42,501 nucleotides of DNA, taken from Lentisphaeria bacterium (GTDB taxonomy: Bacteria > Verrucomicrobiota > Lentisphaeria > Victivallales > Victivallaceae). The position numbers and the translations under genes are program-made. The stretch spans positions 1 through 42,501 of the forward strand of contig JAFVRT010000246.1 in assembly GCA_017504125.1 (NCBI GenBank), in the 5' to 3' direction. Below, piece after piece: positions 25,338-34,756 of the stretch (positions are counted from its first letter, which is position 1; every line of letters starts with the position of its first letter). Under the pieces are notes generated by a model. That model saw only the letters and a list, made by a program, of their open reading frames with translations. It was not told the origin of the DNA and did not search any database.

Positions 25338-26234
25338 ATGCGCTACGATGCCAACGGAGCTTTGATCGAAACCGCGCTGCCGGGTATCCCTCTGCTCAGC
25401 CGCGGCAAGGTTCGCGATGTTTACGATCTCGGCGATGCATTGCTTTTCATTGCCTCCGACCGTTTGAGTGCCTTTGATGTGGTGCTTCCCTGTGGAGTAC
25501 CCCGCAAAGGTGAAGTCCTGACTCAGATCTCTCTTTTCTGGTTCGATCTGCTCAAAGATGTACCCAATCATCTTTTGAGCGCAGATGTAACCAGCCGGAA
25601 AGAGCTGCAGCCCTACGCCAAAGATCTTCAGGGCCGTTCCCTGATCGTCCGCAAGGCCCAGGTGATCCCTATTGAATGCGTTGTCCGCGGCTACCTGGTT
25701 GGCAGCGGCTGGAAAGATTATCAGAAAACCGGACAGGTTTGCGGCATTCAACTGCGCGAAGGCTACCGTCAGGCAGAAAAGCTGGATGAAGTGCTTTTCA
25801 CCCCCACCACCAAAGCAGCTGTCGGCGACCACGATATGCCTATCGACTTCAAGGGCGTGGTCGGGATCGCCGGTGAGGAAAAAGCTGCTGCGATCCGTGA
25901 TCTTTCTCTGAAAGTCTACTCCACCGCCCGCGACTATGCGGCGAAACGGGGTATCATCGTTGCCGATACCAAATTTGAATTCGGTATCATCGACGGCAAA
26001 GTTTCTCTGGTAGATGAAGTGCTGACTCCCGATTCAAGCCGTTTCTGGCTGGCTTCCGAGTACCAGATCGGCTGCAGTCCGGTCAGTCTGGACAAGCAGT
26101 ATGTCCGCGACTACCTTGAAACTCTCGACTGGGACAAACAGGCCCCCGGCCCGGAACTTCCTGCTGATGTGGTGGAAAAAACCACAGCCAAGTATCTGGA
26201 AGCCTACCGGATGCTGGCCGGCAGATCCCTCTGA
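25338..26234 (+). CDS. purC: Phosphoribosylaminoimidazole-succinocarboxamide (SAICAR) synthase
   Basis: 298 aa. LLSRGKVRDVYDLGDALLFIASDRLSAFDVVL, ECVVRGYL.GS and ADTKFEFG are PurC blocks. Confidence 0.95.
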   Translation: MRYDANGALIETALPGIPLLSRGKVRDVYDLGDALLFIASDRLSAFDVVLPCGVPRKGEVLTQISLFWFDLLKDVPNHLLSADVTSRKELQPYAKDLQGRSLIVRKAQVIPIECVVRGYLVGSGWKDYQKTGQVCGIQLREGYRQAEKLDEVLFTPTTKAAVGDHDMPIDFKGVVGIAGEEKAAAIRDLSLKVYSTARDYAAKRGIIVADTKFEFGIIDGKVSLVDEVLTPDSSRFWLASEYQIGCSPVSLDKQYVRDYLETLDWDKQAPGPELPADVVEKTTAKYLEAYRMLAGRSL

Positions 26235-26250
26235 GTTACCATTGCAGACA

Positions 26251-26278
26251 AGCGGCGGATTTTCCGCCGCTTTTTGTT
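26251..26278 (+). terminator. Rho-independent terminator after purC
   Basis: AGCGGCGGA 26251-26259, loop TTT, TCCGCCGCT 26263-26271, then TTTTGTT. Confidence 0.7.
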
Positions 26279-26307
26279 ATTCCAAACATTAAATGGATTT
26301 GTAAAAA

Positions 26308-27069
26308 ATGATCGAAGTAATCTCACAGTTTTCTGTTTTTCAAATCGTTATACTGTGTATAAGCGCATTGTTGATCGGTGTCAACAAAACTGCGCTGCCC
26401 GGTATCGGGATATTACCGGTACTGCTGCTGGCTGACACTTTTGACTCCAGACTTTCGACCGGCATGCAGCTTCTGATGCTGGCCTGGGCAGATATTATGG
26501 CGGTCATATATTTCCGCCGCAGCGCAGACTGGAAGATCATTCTGCGTCTGCTCCCCTGGTCGCTGGTGGGACTCGGTATCGGCTGGTGGATCCTCGGATA
26601 TATCCCGCCGGAAAACAATGAAGCCATGAAACTGCTTATCGGCTGGATCGTCATCGGTCTGCTGATATTGAATTTCGTCCGCAAACGGATCAGTCCGGAC
26701 AAGATCCCTTCAGGTCTGCTTCCGTCGGCTTTTTACGGTTCCATGATGGGAAGCACCACCATGCTGGCCAATGCCGCCGGTCCTATTTCCGCCATCTATC
26801 TGCTTTCCATGAAGCTTTCCAAAGAGCAGTACATGGGCAGCGGCGCGTGGCTGTTCATGATCGTGAACTGGATAAAGCTCCCCATGTTCTGGTATCAGGG
26901 ACGCATAACAAAAGATGTGCTGCTTTTGGATCTGTGGATGGTTCCGCTGCTCATTGCCGGCGGATTTCTGGGCATTGTACTTTTCAAGAAAATGCCGCAG
27001 AAACTATTTGAAAATATCGTTACAGCCCTGGTGGTGGTCGCCGCCATCAAGATGGTACTGGGATTTTAA
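26308..27069 (+). CDS. TauE/SafE (DUF81) family anion exporter
   Basis: 253 aa with about 8 TMs. The length and the GVNKTALPGIGILPVLLL-type repeat pattern fit the family. Confidence 0.65.
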   Translation: MIEVISQFSVFQIVILCISALLIGVNKTALPGIGILPVLLLADTFDSRLSTGMQLLMLAWADIMAVIYFRRSADWKIILRLLPWSLVGLGIGWWILGYIPPENNEAMKLLIGWIVIGLLILNFVRKRISPDKIPSGLLPSAFYGSMMGSTTMLANAAGPISAIYLLSMKLSKEQYMGSGAWLFMIVNWIKLPMFWYQGRITKDVLLLDLWMVPLLIAGGFLGIVLFKKMPQKLFENIVTALVVVAAIKMVLGF

Positions 27070-27074
27070 GTACC

Positions 27075-28337
27075 ATGTCTAACCGTAACACACACTTTCG
27101 GGTTTATTTCATGCTCGGCATGGGTGTGATGCTGTACTTTTTCGCCAATTTCCAACGGGCGGCGATACCGGGTTCAATTTTCAACGAACTCCAATCCGAA
27201 CTCAACACCGGAGCGGCATACATTACGGCGTTGAGTTCGATGTTCATGTACATCTATGCTGCCGGACAACTTTTTGTCGGTTTACTGGCGGACCGTTACG
27301 GCGGAGAAAGAGTCATTACATTCGGAGCGATGCTTTTCTGTCTGGGTTCGATCCTTTTCCCTTTCAGTCAATCCCTGTTCATGCTTTATTTCTGCCGTTT
27401 TCTGGTAGGAATGGGAGCAAGTTCCCTTTATTTGAGCCTGGTCAAAGTACTGGCTCTGCGTTTTCCCAAAAAATTCCCTCTGCTGCTGGGATTTTTTCTG
27501 CTGTGGGGATATTGCGGCGGGATCGTTGCCACCGCACCGCTGGTCTACATAGTTCAGGAGCTTTCATGGCGTACAGCCATGGCGGTTTTCGGAGCGGCCT
27601 CCGTCGTAACTTACGGCTTGTTCCTGCTTTCCGGCTTCGGCCTGCGGCTGCCCAGAGTTACCGGTACGCCTTTTTCCTTCCTGGTATTTCTGGATTTGCT
27701 CAAACGCCGCCATAACCGCAACATGATAGCTTATTCAGCGTGCAGTTTCGGGACCTATTACTGCATCCACACCGTCATCGGCAAAAAGTTTCTGGAGGAT
27801 TTCTGTCAGATGTCCGTTGCCGGAGCCGCATGGACCATGTCCGCCATAGGAGTCATTGCCTCTGTCAGTGCTTTCTGTATGGCCATAGTGAGTCAGTTAT
27901 GCGGCAACAGAAGAAAAATATTTCTGATCATTTCAGGAGCTGTGGCGGTCGTAACTTATGGATTTACCGTATTTGCGCTGCTGACCAACTGGCGGACTCC
28001 GGTCATTGCGGTACTTTTCTGCTGTGTGGCCTGGGTGGCAAATCAGGGAACCATAACCGTTCCCACCATGAAAGATACCAATGTTCCTGAAGCTATGGGC
28101 TCGATAGTAAGCCTCTGCAACGGACTTGTCTATATGATGGTGGCATTGCTCGGCAATGCAGTAGGTATACTTCTTGATATTTTTGAGCCGGTACGGCAGG
28201 GCAGCACTTTGATCTATACTGAAAAATCCTACCTTGCGGTGTTCGTTCTCTTTTTCATTCTTGGAGTAATCACGCTTTATAATGCCTGCAAACTGCGGGA
28301 CACCCGCGGAATCAATGTAGCTTCCACGACTCCCTGA
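27075..28337 (+). CDS. MFS transporter
   Basis: 420 aa with about 12 TMs. GLLADRYGGERV is the MFS loop 2-3 motif. It starts 5 nt after the TauE-family gene. Confidence 0.8.
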   Translation: MSNRNTHFRVYFMLGMGVMLYFFANFQRAAIPGSIFNELQSELNTGAAYITALSSMFMYIYAAGQLFVGLLADRYGGERVITFGAMLFCLGSILFPFSQSLFMLYFCRFLVGMGASSLYLSLVKVLALRFPKKFPLLLGFFLLWGYCGGIVATAPLVYIVQELSWRTAMAVFGAASVVTYGLFLLSGFGLRLPRVTGTPFSFLVFLDLLKRRHNRNMIAYSACSFGTYYCIHTVIGKKFLEDFCQMSVAGAAWTMSAIGVIASVSAFCMAIVSQLCGNRRKIFLIISGAVAVVTYGFTVFALLTNWRTPVIAVLFCCVAWVANQGTITVPTMKDTNVPEAMGSIVSLCNGLVYMMVALLGNAVGILLDIFEPVRQGSTLIYTEKSYLAVFVLFFILGVITLYNACKLRDTRGINVASTTP

Positions 28338-28358
28338 GATATTTCTTTTTCCTGCAAG

Positions 28359-28387
28359 TTGACAAGCAGCCTTTGAGGTGCTATTTT
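28359..28387 (+). promoter_or_regulatory. Candidate promoter of the argB operon (TTGACA-17-TATTTT)
   Basis: -35 TTGACA 28359-28364, 17-nt spacer, -10 TATTTT 28382-28387. Confidence 0.45.
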
Positions 28388-28421
28388 ATAGAAAATACAT
28401 TTCTTTACGGAGGAAACTACA

Positions 28422-29303
28422 ATGCAAGTGAGCGAAAAAGCCGAAGTGCTGGTGGAAGCACTGCCTTATATCCAGAAATTCCGCAATTCAGTCATGGTGG
28501 TCAAATTCGGCGGAAGTGCCATGGAAGATGAAGAACTTGTCCGCGGCACCATGCGTGATATCGTCATGCTTGAGGCTATCGGCATACGCCCGGTGGTCGT
28601 CCACGGCGGCGGTAAAGCTATTTCCGCCGCGCTCAAAGAGTGCGGGATCCCGGTCAAATTCGTCAACGGTCTGCGCTACACCTGCGACAAGACCATCGGT
28701 GTTGTGGATGATGTGCTGCACAAGGTCAATGCACATCTGGTGGAGCTCGGTAAAGAATTCGGCGGTCCCGTCTGCGGGATCTCCGGAAAAAAAGTACTGA
28801 AAGCCCAGCGGACCCTTTCCACCGATCCTGCCACCGGAGCCAAAGAAGATGTGGGTTTTGTGGGCGAAGTCATCGGGGTCGATGTTTCCGCCATCGTTGA
28901 AGCTATTGCCAAGGGTTTCACTCCCATTCTCACGCCCCTGGGAACCGGTCTTGACGGTCAGATCTACAATATCAATGCCGATACCGCGGCATGCAAGATA
29001 GCAGAAGCGATCCACGCCCGCAAACTGGTTTTCATGAGTGATGTTCCGGGGATCCTTTCTGATTGCAAAGATGAAAATTCCGTGATCGAAACGATCCGTA
29101 CCGACGAGATCGACGGACTGATCGCCGATGGCATACTTTCCGGAGGCATGCTCCCCAAGATCGCCAGCTGTGTTTCCGCGTTGAATGCCGGTATCAACAA
29201 AGTTCACCTTATCGATGGACGCAAGCGTCATTCTCTGCTGCTTGAGATCTTCACCGATACCGGAACCGGAACTCAGATCGTCAGGCCCGATTCCATCATG
29301 TAA
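28422..29303 (+). CDS. argB: Acetylglutamate kinase
   Basis: 293 aa. EALPYIQKFRNSVMVVKFGGSAM, VVVHGGG, NINADTAA and LPKI are ArgB blocks. Confidence 0.95.
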   Translation: MQVSEKAEVLVEALPYIQKFRNSVMVVKFGGSAMEDEELVRGTMRDIVMLEAIGIRPVVVHGGGKAISAALKECGIPVKFVNGLRYTCDKTIGVVDDVLHKVNAHLVELGKEFGGPVCGISGKKVLKAQRTLSTDPATGAKEDVGFVGEVIGVDVSAIVEAIAKGFTPILTPLGTGLDGQIYNINADTAACKIAEAIHARKLVFMSDVPGILSDCKDENSVIETIRTDEIDGLIADGILSGGMLPKIASCVSALNAGINKVHLIDGRKRHSLLLEIFTDTGTGTQIVRPDSIM

Positions 29304-29328
29304 AAATGTGCGGTATCAAGGAGCTGCT

Positions 29329-29856
29329 ATGGGAAACGCTCTGATTTTCTGCGGTATAAAACATTGCGGAAAAAGTACCCTGGGCAAACTGCTCGCCCAA
29401 AACCTCGGTATTTCCTTTGCCGATACTGATGATCTGCTGGGCTCAGCCAACCGGGCAAGTGTCCGGGAGCTTTTCAAGCTGTGGGGCGAAGATGAGTTCC
29501 GCCGCCGGGAAAGTGCGCTGCTGAAAAGCCTTTCGGCAGCAGAACGGCAAGTGATCTCTCTGGGGGGCGGGGCACTGCTCAAAGCAGAAAATATTCCGGC
29601 AGTCAAAGCTCTGGGTTCTGTTATATGGTGCGACATCAGCGATGAAGCGGCATTTGCGCGCATCGCCGCTGAGGGTCTGCCGCCGTTTCTGGAACAATCT
29701 GCAGATCCGCTGGAGGAGTTCAAACTCAGGAACCGCAGCCGCCGGGAAACATTCGAAACGGTGTGCGATCTGCGTTTTATCCCTGACACAGATGCCCCGC
29801 CGGAACAAAATGTTTTGAAACTGCAGCAGTTGTTGCTGGAAAAAGGTATTATTTGA
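29329..29856 (+). CDS. aroK: Shikimate kinase
   Basis: 175 aa starting from the ATG at 29329 (AAGGAG at 29318-29323). It has IFCGIKHCGKSTLGKLLA (P-loop), FADTDDLL and ISLGGGA. The track start at 29185 lies inside argB. Confidence 0.85.
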   Translation: MGNALIFCGIKHCGKSTLGKLLAQNLGISFADTDDLLGSANRASVRELFKLWGEDEFRRRESALLKSLSAAERQVISLGGGALLKAENIPAVKALGSVIWCDISDEAAFARIAAEGLPPFLEQSADPLEEFKLRNRSRRETFETVCDLRFIPDTDAPPEQNVLKLQQLLLEKGII

Positions 29857-29858
29857 CG

Positions 29859-30899
29859 ATGAGCGACAATACATTCGGAAAAATTTTTCAGGTCACCACC
29901 TTTGGTGAATCTCACGGAGCTGCCATCGGTGCCGTGGTGGACGGCATGCCGGCCGGAGTGGAAATCGATACAGATTTCATCCAGCGTGAACTTGACCGCC
30001 GCCGCCCCGGAGCAGGAGCAGCCGGTTCAACTGCCCGGAAAGAAAGCGATACCGCAGAGATCCTTTCCGGAGTGTTTGAGGGCAAAAGCACCGGTACTCC
30101 GATCGCCATGCTTATACGCAACAGCGATCAGCACAGTTCGGACTATGGTGAGTTGAAAGATCTTTTCCGTCCCGGCCATGCTGATTGGGGGTTCCATGCC
30201 AAATACGGATTCCGGGATCATCGCGGCGGCGGCCGTTCTTCCGGAAGGGAAACTGCATGCCGGGTGGCGGCCGGTGCCCTGGCAAAACTTTTTCTGAAAA
30301 GCATAAGCAATATCACAATTAGTGCGTTTGCCGCAGAAATAGGCGGTGTGAAAGCTATCGATCTGGATATGGATGAAATCAGCAGAAATCCTCTGCGTAC
30401 ACCTGATGCCGGAGCAGTTCCGGCAATGCTGAAGCGGATCGAGGAGTGCCGCATGGCTCAGGAAAGCTGCGGAGGCATCGTTGAGTGCCGTATTTCCGGA
30501 GTACCGGCAGGCTGGGGTGAACCGGTTTTCGATAAACTTGATGCTTTGCTGGCTCATGCCATAGTTTCCCTTGGTGCGGTAAAAGGATTTTCTGTCGGTT
30601 CGGGTTTCGATGCTGCGCGTACTGCAGGTTCAGTCAACAACAGCGATCCGGAAGCCGCCGGCGGCATAAGAGGCGGTATCTCTGACGGTGAAAAAATCGT
30701 TTTCCGCGCTGCCGTGAAACCTACGCCTTCCATAAGTCAGGAGCAGTTGATGCCGGGAACAGACGGTCAGCTGCATAAATTTGCGATAAAAGGCCGCCAC
30801 GATGTTTGTATCGTGCCCCGGATCGTTCCGGTGGTCGAAGCCATGGCGGCTCTGGTTTTGGCCGATTGCGCTCTGCGTCAGCGTTGTGCCAGGGTTTGA
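29859..30899 (+). CDS. aroC: Chorismate synthase
   Basis: NTFGKIFQVTTFGESHGAAIGAVVDGMPAG, RRPG, RSSGRET and RHD are AroC blocks. I chose the ATG at 29859; the TTG at 29853 overlaps the aroK stop. Confidence 0.95.
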   Translation: MSDNTFGKIFQVTTFGESHGAAIGAVVDGMPAGVEIDTDFIQRELDRRRPGAGAAGSTARKESDTAEILSGVFEGKSTGTPIAMLIRNSDQHSSDYGELKDLFRPGHADWGFHAKYGFRDHRGGGRSSGRETACRVAAGALAKLFLKSISNITISAFAAEIGGVKAIDLDMDEISRNPLRTPDAGAVPAMLKRIEECRMAQESCGGIVECRISGVPAGWGEPVFDKLDALLAHAIVSLGAVKGFSVGSGFDAARTAGSVNNSDPEAAGGIRGGISDGEKIVFRAAVKPTPSISQEQLMPGTDGQLHKFAIKGRHDVCIVPRIVPVVEAMAALVLADCALRQRCARV

Positions 30900-30922
30900 A
30901 TAAAAAAATGAGGAGTTGAGTG

Positions 30923-32719
30923 ATGAAGTACAGTAAATTGTCTGATTCCGGACATCATATCGGGGCCAAATGTTATGAACTCGATATTTTCGACGGTATT
31001 GCCGCCGCACGGCTCTTTTTGAACAAGTCGTCCCAGGAGTATCATTTTTTTCCCGGCGGAAGCGTAAACTCCACCGGCAGATGCGATGAAGTTGCGGCTC
31101 TGGAACGCTGGCAGAAAAAAGAGGAAAAAGGCTGTATCATTTTCACCAGAAATGAAAAATCCGTTCTCTGGAAACGCAAGGCGACCTCGATTATCTGCCG
31201 TGAAAACTCCATAGAGATCTTCATGACCGTCGAAGGCTCAGCTGATGTGGATGATGTACGCTTCGCCCGCTGCTGTGTCAACGGTTCAGAATACGGTTTT
31301 GCCGGGGAATTTGATGAAGTCATCAATACCGCCCCCAATTTTCACAGCAAGATCTTTTATCATCCGGTGGAAAGTTTTTCCATCTCTGCCGGCGATGATC
31401 TTTCACCGGCCGTCGGCGGTCAGGCTCTGGCCTCGTGCTGCTTCTGCATCGGACTCCGCGACCGCACCGAAAGAAAATATCTGGTGGCCGGTGCCGCTGC
31501 CATGCCGGGAGAATACACCTGGGATTGTTTCCGCTGGAATCCGGCTCCCTTCATGCCGCCTACTGAATATATCGGCGACCAGATGAAAGCCGGAGGATTT
31601 TCTCTGGAATACTGCGGCAAAAAAAGCGTTGCCGGAGTATGGGAAACTCCCAGACTCATATTGAGTTTCTGCGACAATTTTGATGATATTCTGCCTGCTT
31701 ATCTGAAAGAGTGCTACTCCCGCAGCTATCTGCCCAAACCCCACCGCCGCCGTGTCCGGGATTGGTGGCGTTCCCCCATCTACTGCACATGGCACGATCA
31801 ATGTGCCTCGGCCTTGATGGACAAAAACAATTTCACCAACTTTTCCGGTCCTGCGCCGCGGGATTTCTGTACCGAAGATCTGGTGGAGGAATGGCTGGAG
31901 GAACTTATCAGTCACAACTGCAAACCGGGTATCATCATCCTGGACGACAAATGGCAGCTCAACCTCAACGATGCCGATCCGGATACGGAAAAATTCCCCG
32001 ATATGCGGGCGTGGATCGAAAAATGCCACAGCCGGGGCATCAAAGTATTTCTGTGGACCGCGTTGTGGAACAATGACGGGATCGCTCCTGATGAAGCCAT
32101 TACCCGTAACGGCAAAGTGATATGCGGCGATATCACAAATCCCAAATATGAAGCCCGGTTCCGGGAAATGTTCCGCAGGTATTTTTCCGATGCCGAAGGA
32201 TGCCTCAATGCAGACGGTGTCAAAGTGGACGGACTTCTGGGACTGCCCACAGGCCCCGGATTGAAAAATCACGATGATCTCTGGGGTCTTGAACTCCAGA
32301 AACGCGCTTTGGATATCCTTTACACAAGTGCACATCAGGCCAAAAAAGATGTCTGTGTCAGCACCTTTGCGGCCAATCCCTATCTGGCAGATACCAGCGA
32401 CATGGTACGCCTTGCCGACATGTATCACAGCCGTCTGACCACCCGCCGCGCCATGCAGCACCGGGCAGAGGTATACGGCTGTACCATGCCCCATACTTTG
32501 ATCGATACTGACGGACAGTTTGAATTCAGTGATATGAAAAATGTCACCATGCTCATTGCCGATCAGATGAAGTACGGGATCCCTGCGATCTACAATGCCA
32601 AACAGCTCCGGCAGCAGCGTTTTTTCCAACCGGTGATCTACCGGGAAATGACAGATGATGATTATGCCGTGATCTCAAGAGCCTTCAGGATCCACCGCAA
32701 CAACAATGGTATAAAGTGA
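30923..32719 (+). CDS. Uncharacterised 598-aa protein, putative clan GH-D-like (alpha-galactosidase-fold) glycoside hydrolase
   Basis: IIILDDKWQ (31940-31954) resembles the DDGW block. GIKVFLWTALW and ADGVKVDG (32216-32233) resemble the K.D nucleophile block of GH27/36-type TIM barrels. AGGAG lies 7 nt before the ATG at 30923. Family not assigned. Confidence 0.45.
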   Translation: MKYSKLSDSGHHIGAKCYELDIFDGIAAARLFLNKSSQEYHFFPGGSVNSTGRCDEVAALERWQKKEEKGCIIFTRNEKSVLWKRKATSIICRENSIEIFMTVEGSADVDDVRFARCCVNGSEYGFAGEFDEVINTAPNFHSKIFYHPVESFSISAGDDLSPAVGGQALASCCFCIGLRDRTERKYLVAGAAAMPGEYTWDCFRWNPAPFMPPTEYIGDQMKAGGFSLEYCGKKSVAGVWETPRLILSFCDNFDDILPAYLKECYSRSYLPKPHRRRVRDWWRSPIYCTWHDQCASALMDKNNFTNFSGPAPRDFCTEDLVEEWLEELISHNCKPGIIILDDKWQLNLNDADPDTEKFPDMRAWIEKCHSRGIKVFLWTALWNNDGIAPDEAITRNGKVICGDITNPKYEARFREMFRRYFSDAEGCLNADGVKVDGLLGLPTGPGLKNHDDLWGLELQKRALDILYTSAHQAKKDVCVSTFAANPYLADTSDMVRLADMYHSRLTTRRAMQHRAEVYGCTMPHTLIDTDGQFEFSDMKNVTMLIADQMKYGIPAIYNAKQLRQQRFFQPVIYREMTDDDYAVISRAFRIHRNNNGIK

Positions 32720-33870
32720 AAAAAAAGATCTGGATCTTCGCCGGTGAAAGCTCCGGCGACATGTACGGGGCCCAGTTGGGTGAGGAATTGCGTTCCATAG
32801 CCGCAGCCCGCCGGGAAGAAGTGGAACTTTCAGGCATGGGCGGCAAAGCCATGATCGCTGCCGGGATCCCGGTAAAAGTGGACTCCACCGAACTTGGTGT
32901 AATGGGAGTGGTGGAAGTCGGCAAACTTATTTTTAAATTCATCGCCATATACTTCAAACTGGTTTCTGCGGCCCGGAAAGAGCGTCCTGATGCGGTCGTG
33001 CTGATCGATTATCCGGGCTTCAATCTGATGTACGCCCTTGCCATGTACTGCATGGGGATAAAGGTGATCTGGTACATCGCGCCTCACTTATGGATCTGGG
33101 GCAAATGGCGGCTCCCGGTACTGGCGAAGATCTGCCGCAAAGTTCTGGTGATATTCCCCTTTGAAGTTGAAGTTTTCGCCAAAACCGAACTCCCGACGCT
33201 TTTCACCGGCCACCCGCTTATCGACATACTGCAGCCGATAAAGGATCCCTCGATCAAGCGTGATCCCGATCTGCTGCTGCTGCTGCCGGGAAGCCGCAAA
33301 GGGGAAATACAGCGGATGCTGCCCCACATGTTGAAAAGTGTTCTCGGCCTTTCGCAGCGTCAGCCTCAATTGAAATACCGTATTTCTGCGCCCCGCGAAA
33401 AAATCGCCTCCCAATGCCGCGGTATAATAGAAAAATTCCGGCGGAAAAATTCGGATCTTCCGGAAATAACCATTTCGGTCGGCGACAACCACTATTGTCA
33501 GCAGCTGGCGGGAACCGGTCTTGCCGCCTGCGGCACAGTTACGGTGGAGTGTGCCATCATGGGACTGCCGCTGGTGGTAGGCTATCAGCTGAGTTTCATG
33601 AACTATCTGGCGGCACTACCCTATGTCAAGCCATTCCGCGGATTCATCACCATGACCAATATCATCGACAATTCACCGGTCTGTCCTGAATTCATCCAGT
33701 ACGACTTCAAGGCGGAAAACATAATCCCTGCGGTGGAATCCATACTCCCCGGAACTCCGGGCAGGGAACACACTCTGCAGGGCATGCAGCGCGTCGTGGA
33801 TATGTTGAGCGAAGGCAACAACGGACGCAGCGCAGTAAGGCGCGCCGCCGAAGAAATCTACGCAGTTTGA
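32716..33870 (+). CDS. lpxB: Lipid-A-disaccharide synthase
   Basis: 384 aa. IWIFAGESSGDMYGAQL, VLIDYPGFNL, LLLPGSR and GT.T.E are LpxB blocks. The GTG start overlaps the upstream stop (GTGA). Confidence 0.9.
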   Translation: MKKKIWIFAGESSGDMYGAQLGEELRSIAAARREEVELSGMGGKAMIAAGIPVKVDSTELGVMGVVEVGKLIFKFIAIYFKLVSAARKERPDAVVLIDYPGFNLMYALAMYCMGIKVIWYIAPHLWIWGKWRLPVLAKICRKVLVIFPFEVEVFAKTELPTLFTGHPLIDILQPIKDPSIKRDPDLLLLLPGSRKGEIQRMLPHMLKSVLGLSQRQPQLKYRISAPREKIASQCRGIIEKFRRKNSDLPEITISVGDNHYCQQLAGTGLAACGTVTVECAIMGLPLVVGYQLSFMNYLAALPYVKPFRGFITMTNIIDNSPVCPEFIQYDFKAENIIPAVESILPGTPGREHTLQGMQRVVDMLSEGNNGRSAVRRAAEEIYAV

Positions 33871-33904
33871 TGCAGGAGCTGTCCGGTCACTCCGCTCCGG
33901 AGCA

Positions 33905-34753
33905 TCACGCCCGGACATCGCGGATGTCATCTTTTCCGCACAAAAGCATTATAAGCCGGTCCACACCTATGGCACATCCGGAACTTTGAGGCAATCCCCG
34001 TTCGAGGGCCGCGTAAAATTCAACGGGTTCGGGGTAAGCGTGCATATTGTTTGCCGCCCGGAACGCATTGGCGGCGGCAAAGCGTTTTTTCTGCTCCTCC
34101 GCATCGGTCAATTCTCCGAAAGCGTTGGCAAGCTCAAGACCGTTCCGGTAGAGTTCCCACCGTTCCGCCACCCTGCTGTCGGCGGGAGAAATACGGGAAA
34201 GTGATGCCCGGCTGGCGGGATAATCCATGAGAAATGTCAATTTTTCCCGTCCCAGATTCGGCTCAACGCGAGTTACCATGAGTTCATCAAAGAAATCATC
34301 GGCATCGGCTTCAAAAGCGGAAACTCCGGCATATTTGCGGAACGCATCATCTACAGTAATAAATTCGTGTCCGGAAAAAAACGGATTTGTACCGGCGGCA
34401 AAGTTGAGCATTTCTGCGGTGAACTCCGCCAGTTGGCGGTAATCCCATCCGGCAGCGTAAAACTCCAGCATAGTGAACTCCTCCAGATGTCTTCTGCCAT
34501 GTTCATTGGCCCGGAAACAACTGCCGATCTGGAATATCCGCTGACAGCCTTCCGAAAGCAGCACCTTCATGGCAAGCTCCGGAGAAGTACGCAAAAAATC
34601 CCCCTCGGAACGGACTGATTCGATATATTCCTCAGGAGCAGGAGCATGGATCTTTACCGGTGTTTCCACCTCGATAAAGTCCGCACGGTAAAAAAACTCG
34701 CGCAAGGCGCGGAGAAACTCCGACCTTTGCGCGAGAACAGAAATTTTTTCCAT
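33905..34753 (-). CDS. epmA: EF-P lysyl-(beta-lysine) ligase EpmA (PoxA/GenX, truncated class II LysRS paralog)
   Basis: 282 aa. RSEFLRALREFFYRADFIEVETP, LRTSPELAMK, IFQIGSCFRANE and EFTMLEFY are class II motifs 1 and 2. It lies immediately downstream of efp. Confidence 0.8.
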   Translation of the reverse strand: MEKISVLAQRSEFLRALREFFYRADFIEVETPVKIHAPAPEEYIESVRSEGDFLRTSPELAMKVLLSEGCQRIFQIGSCFRANEHGRRHLEEFTMLEFYAAGWDYRQLAEFTAEMLNFAAGTNPFFSGHEFITVDDAFRKYAGVSAFEADADDFFDELMVTRVEPNLGREKLTFLMDYPASRASLSRISPADSRVAERWELYRNGLELANAFGELTDAEEQKKRFAAANAFRAANNMHAYPEPVEFYAALERGLPQSSGCAIGVDRLIMLLCGKDDIRDVRA

Positions 34754-34756
34754 TTA

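Noticed and set aside
33881-33916. The palindrome GCTCCGGAGC (33894-33903) and the GTCCGG/CCGGAC repeat between convergent lpxB and epmA, considered as a bidirectional terminator.
   Set aside because: There is no flanking T or A tract, and the outer repeat overlaps the epmA coding end. This is too weak to call.
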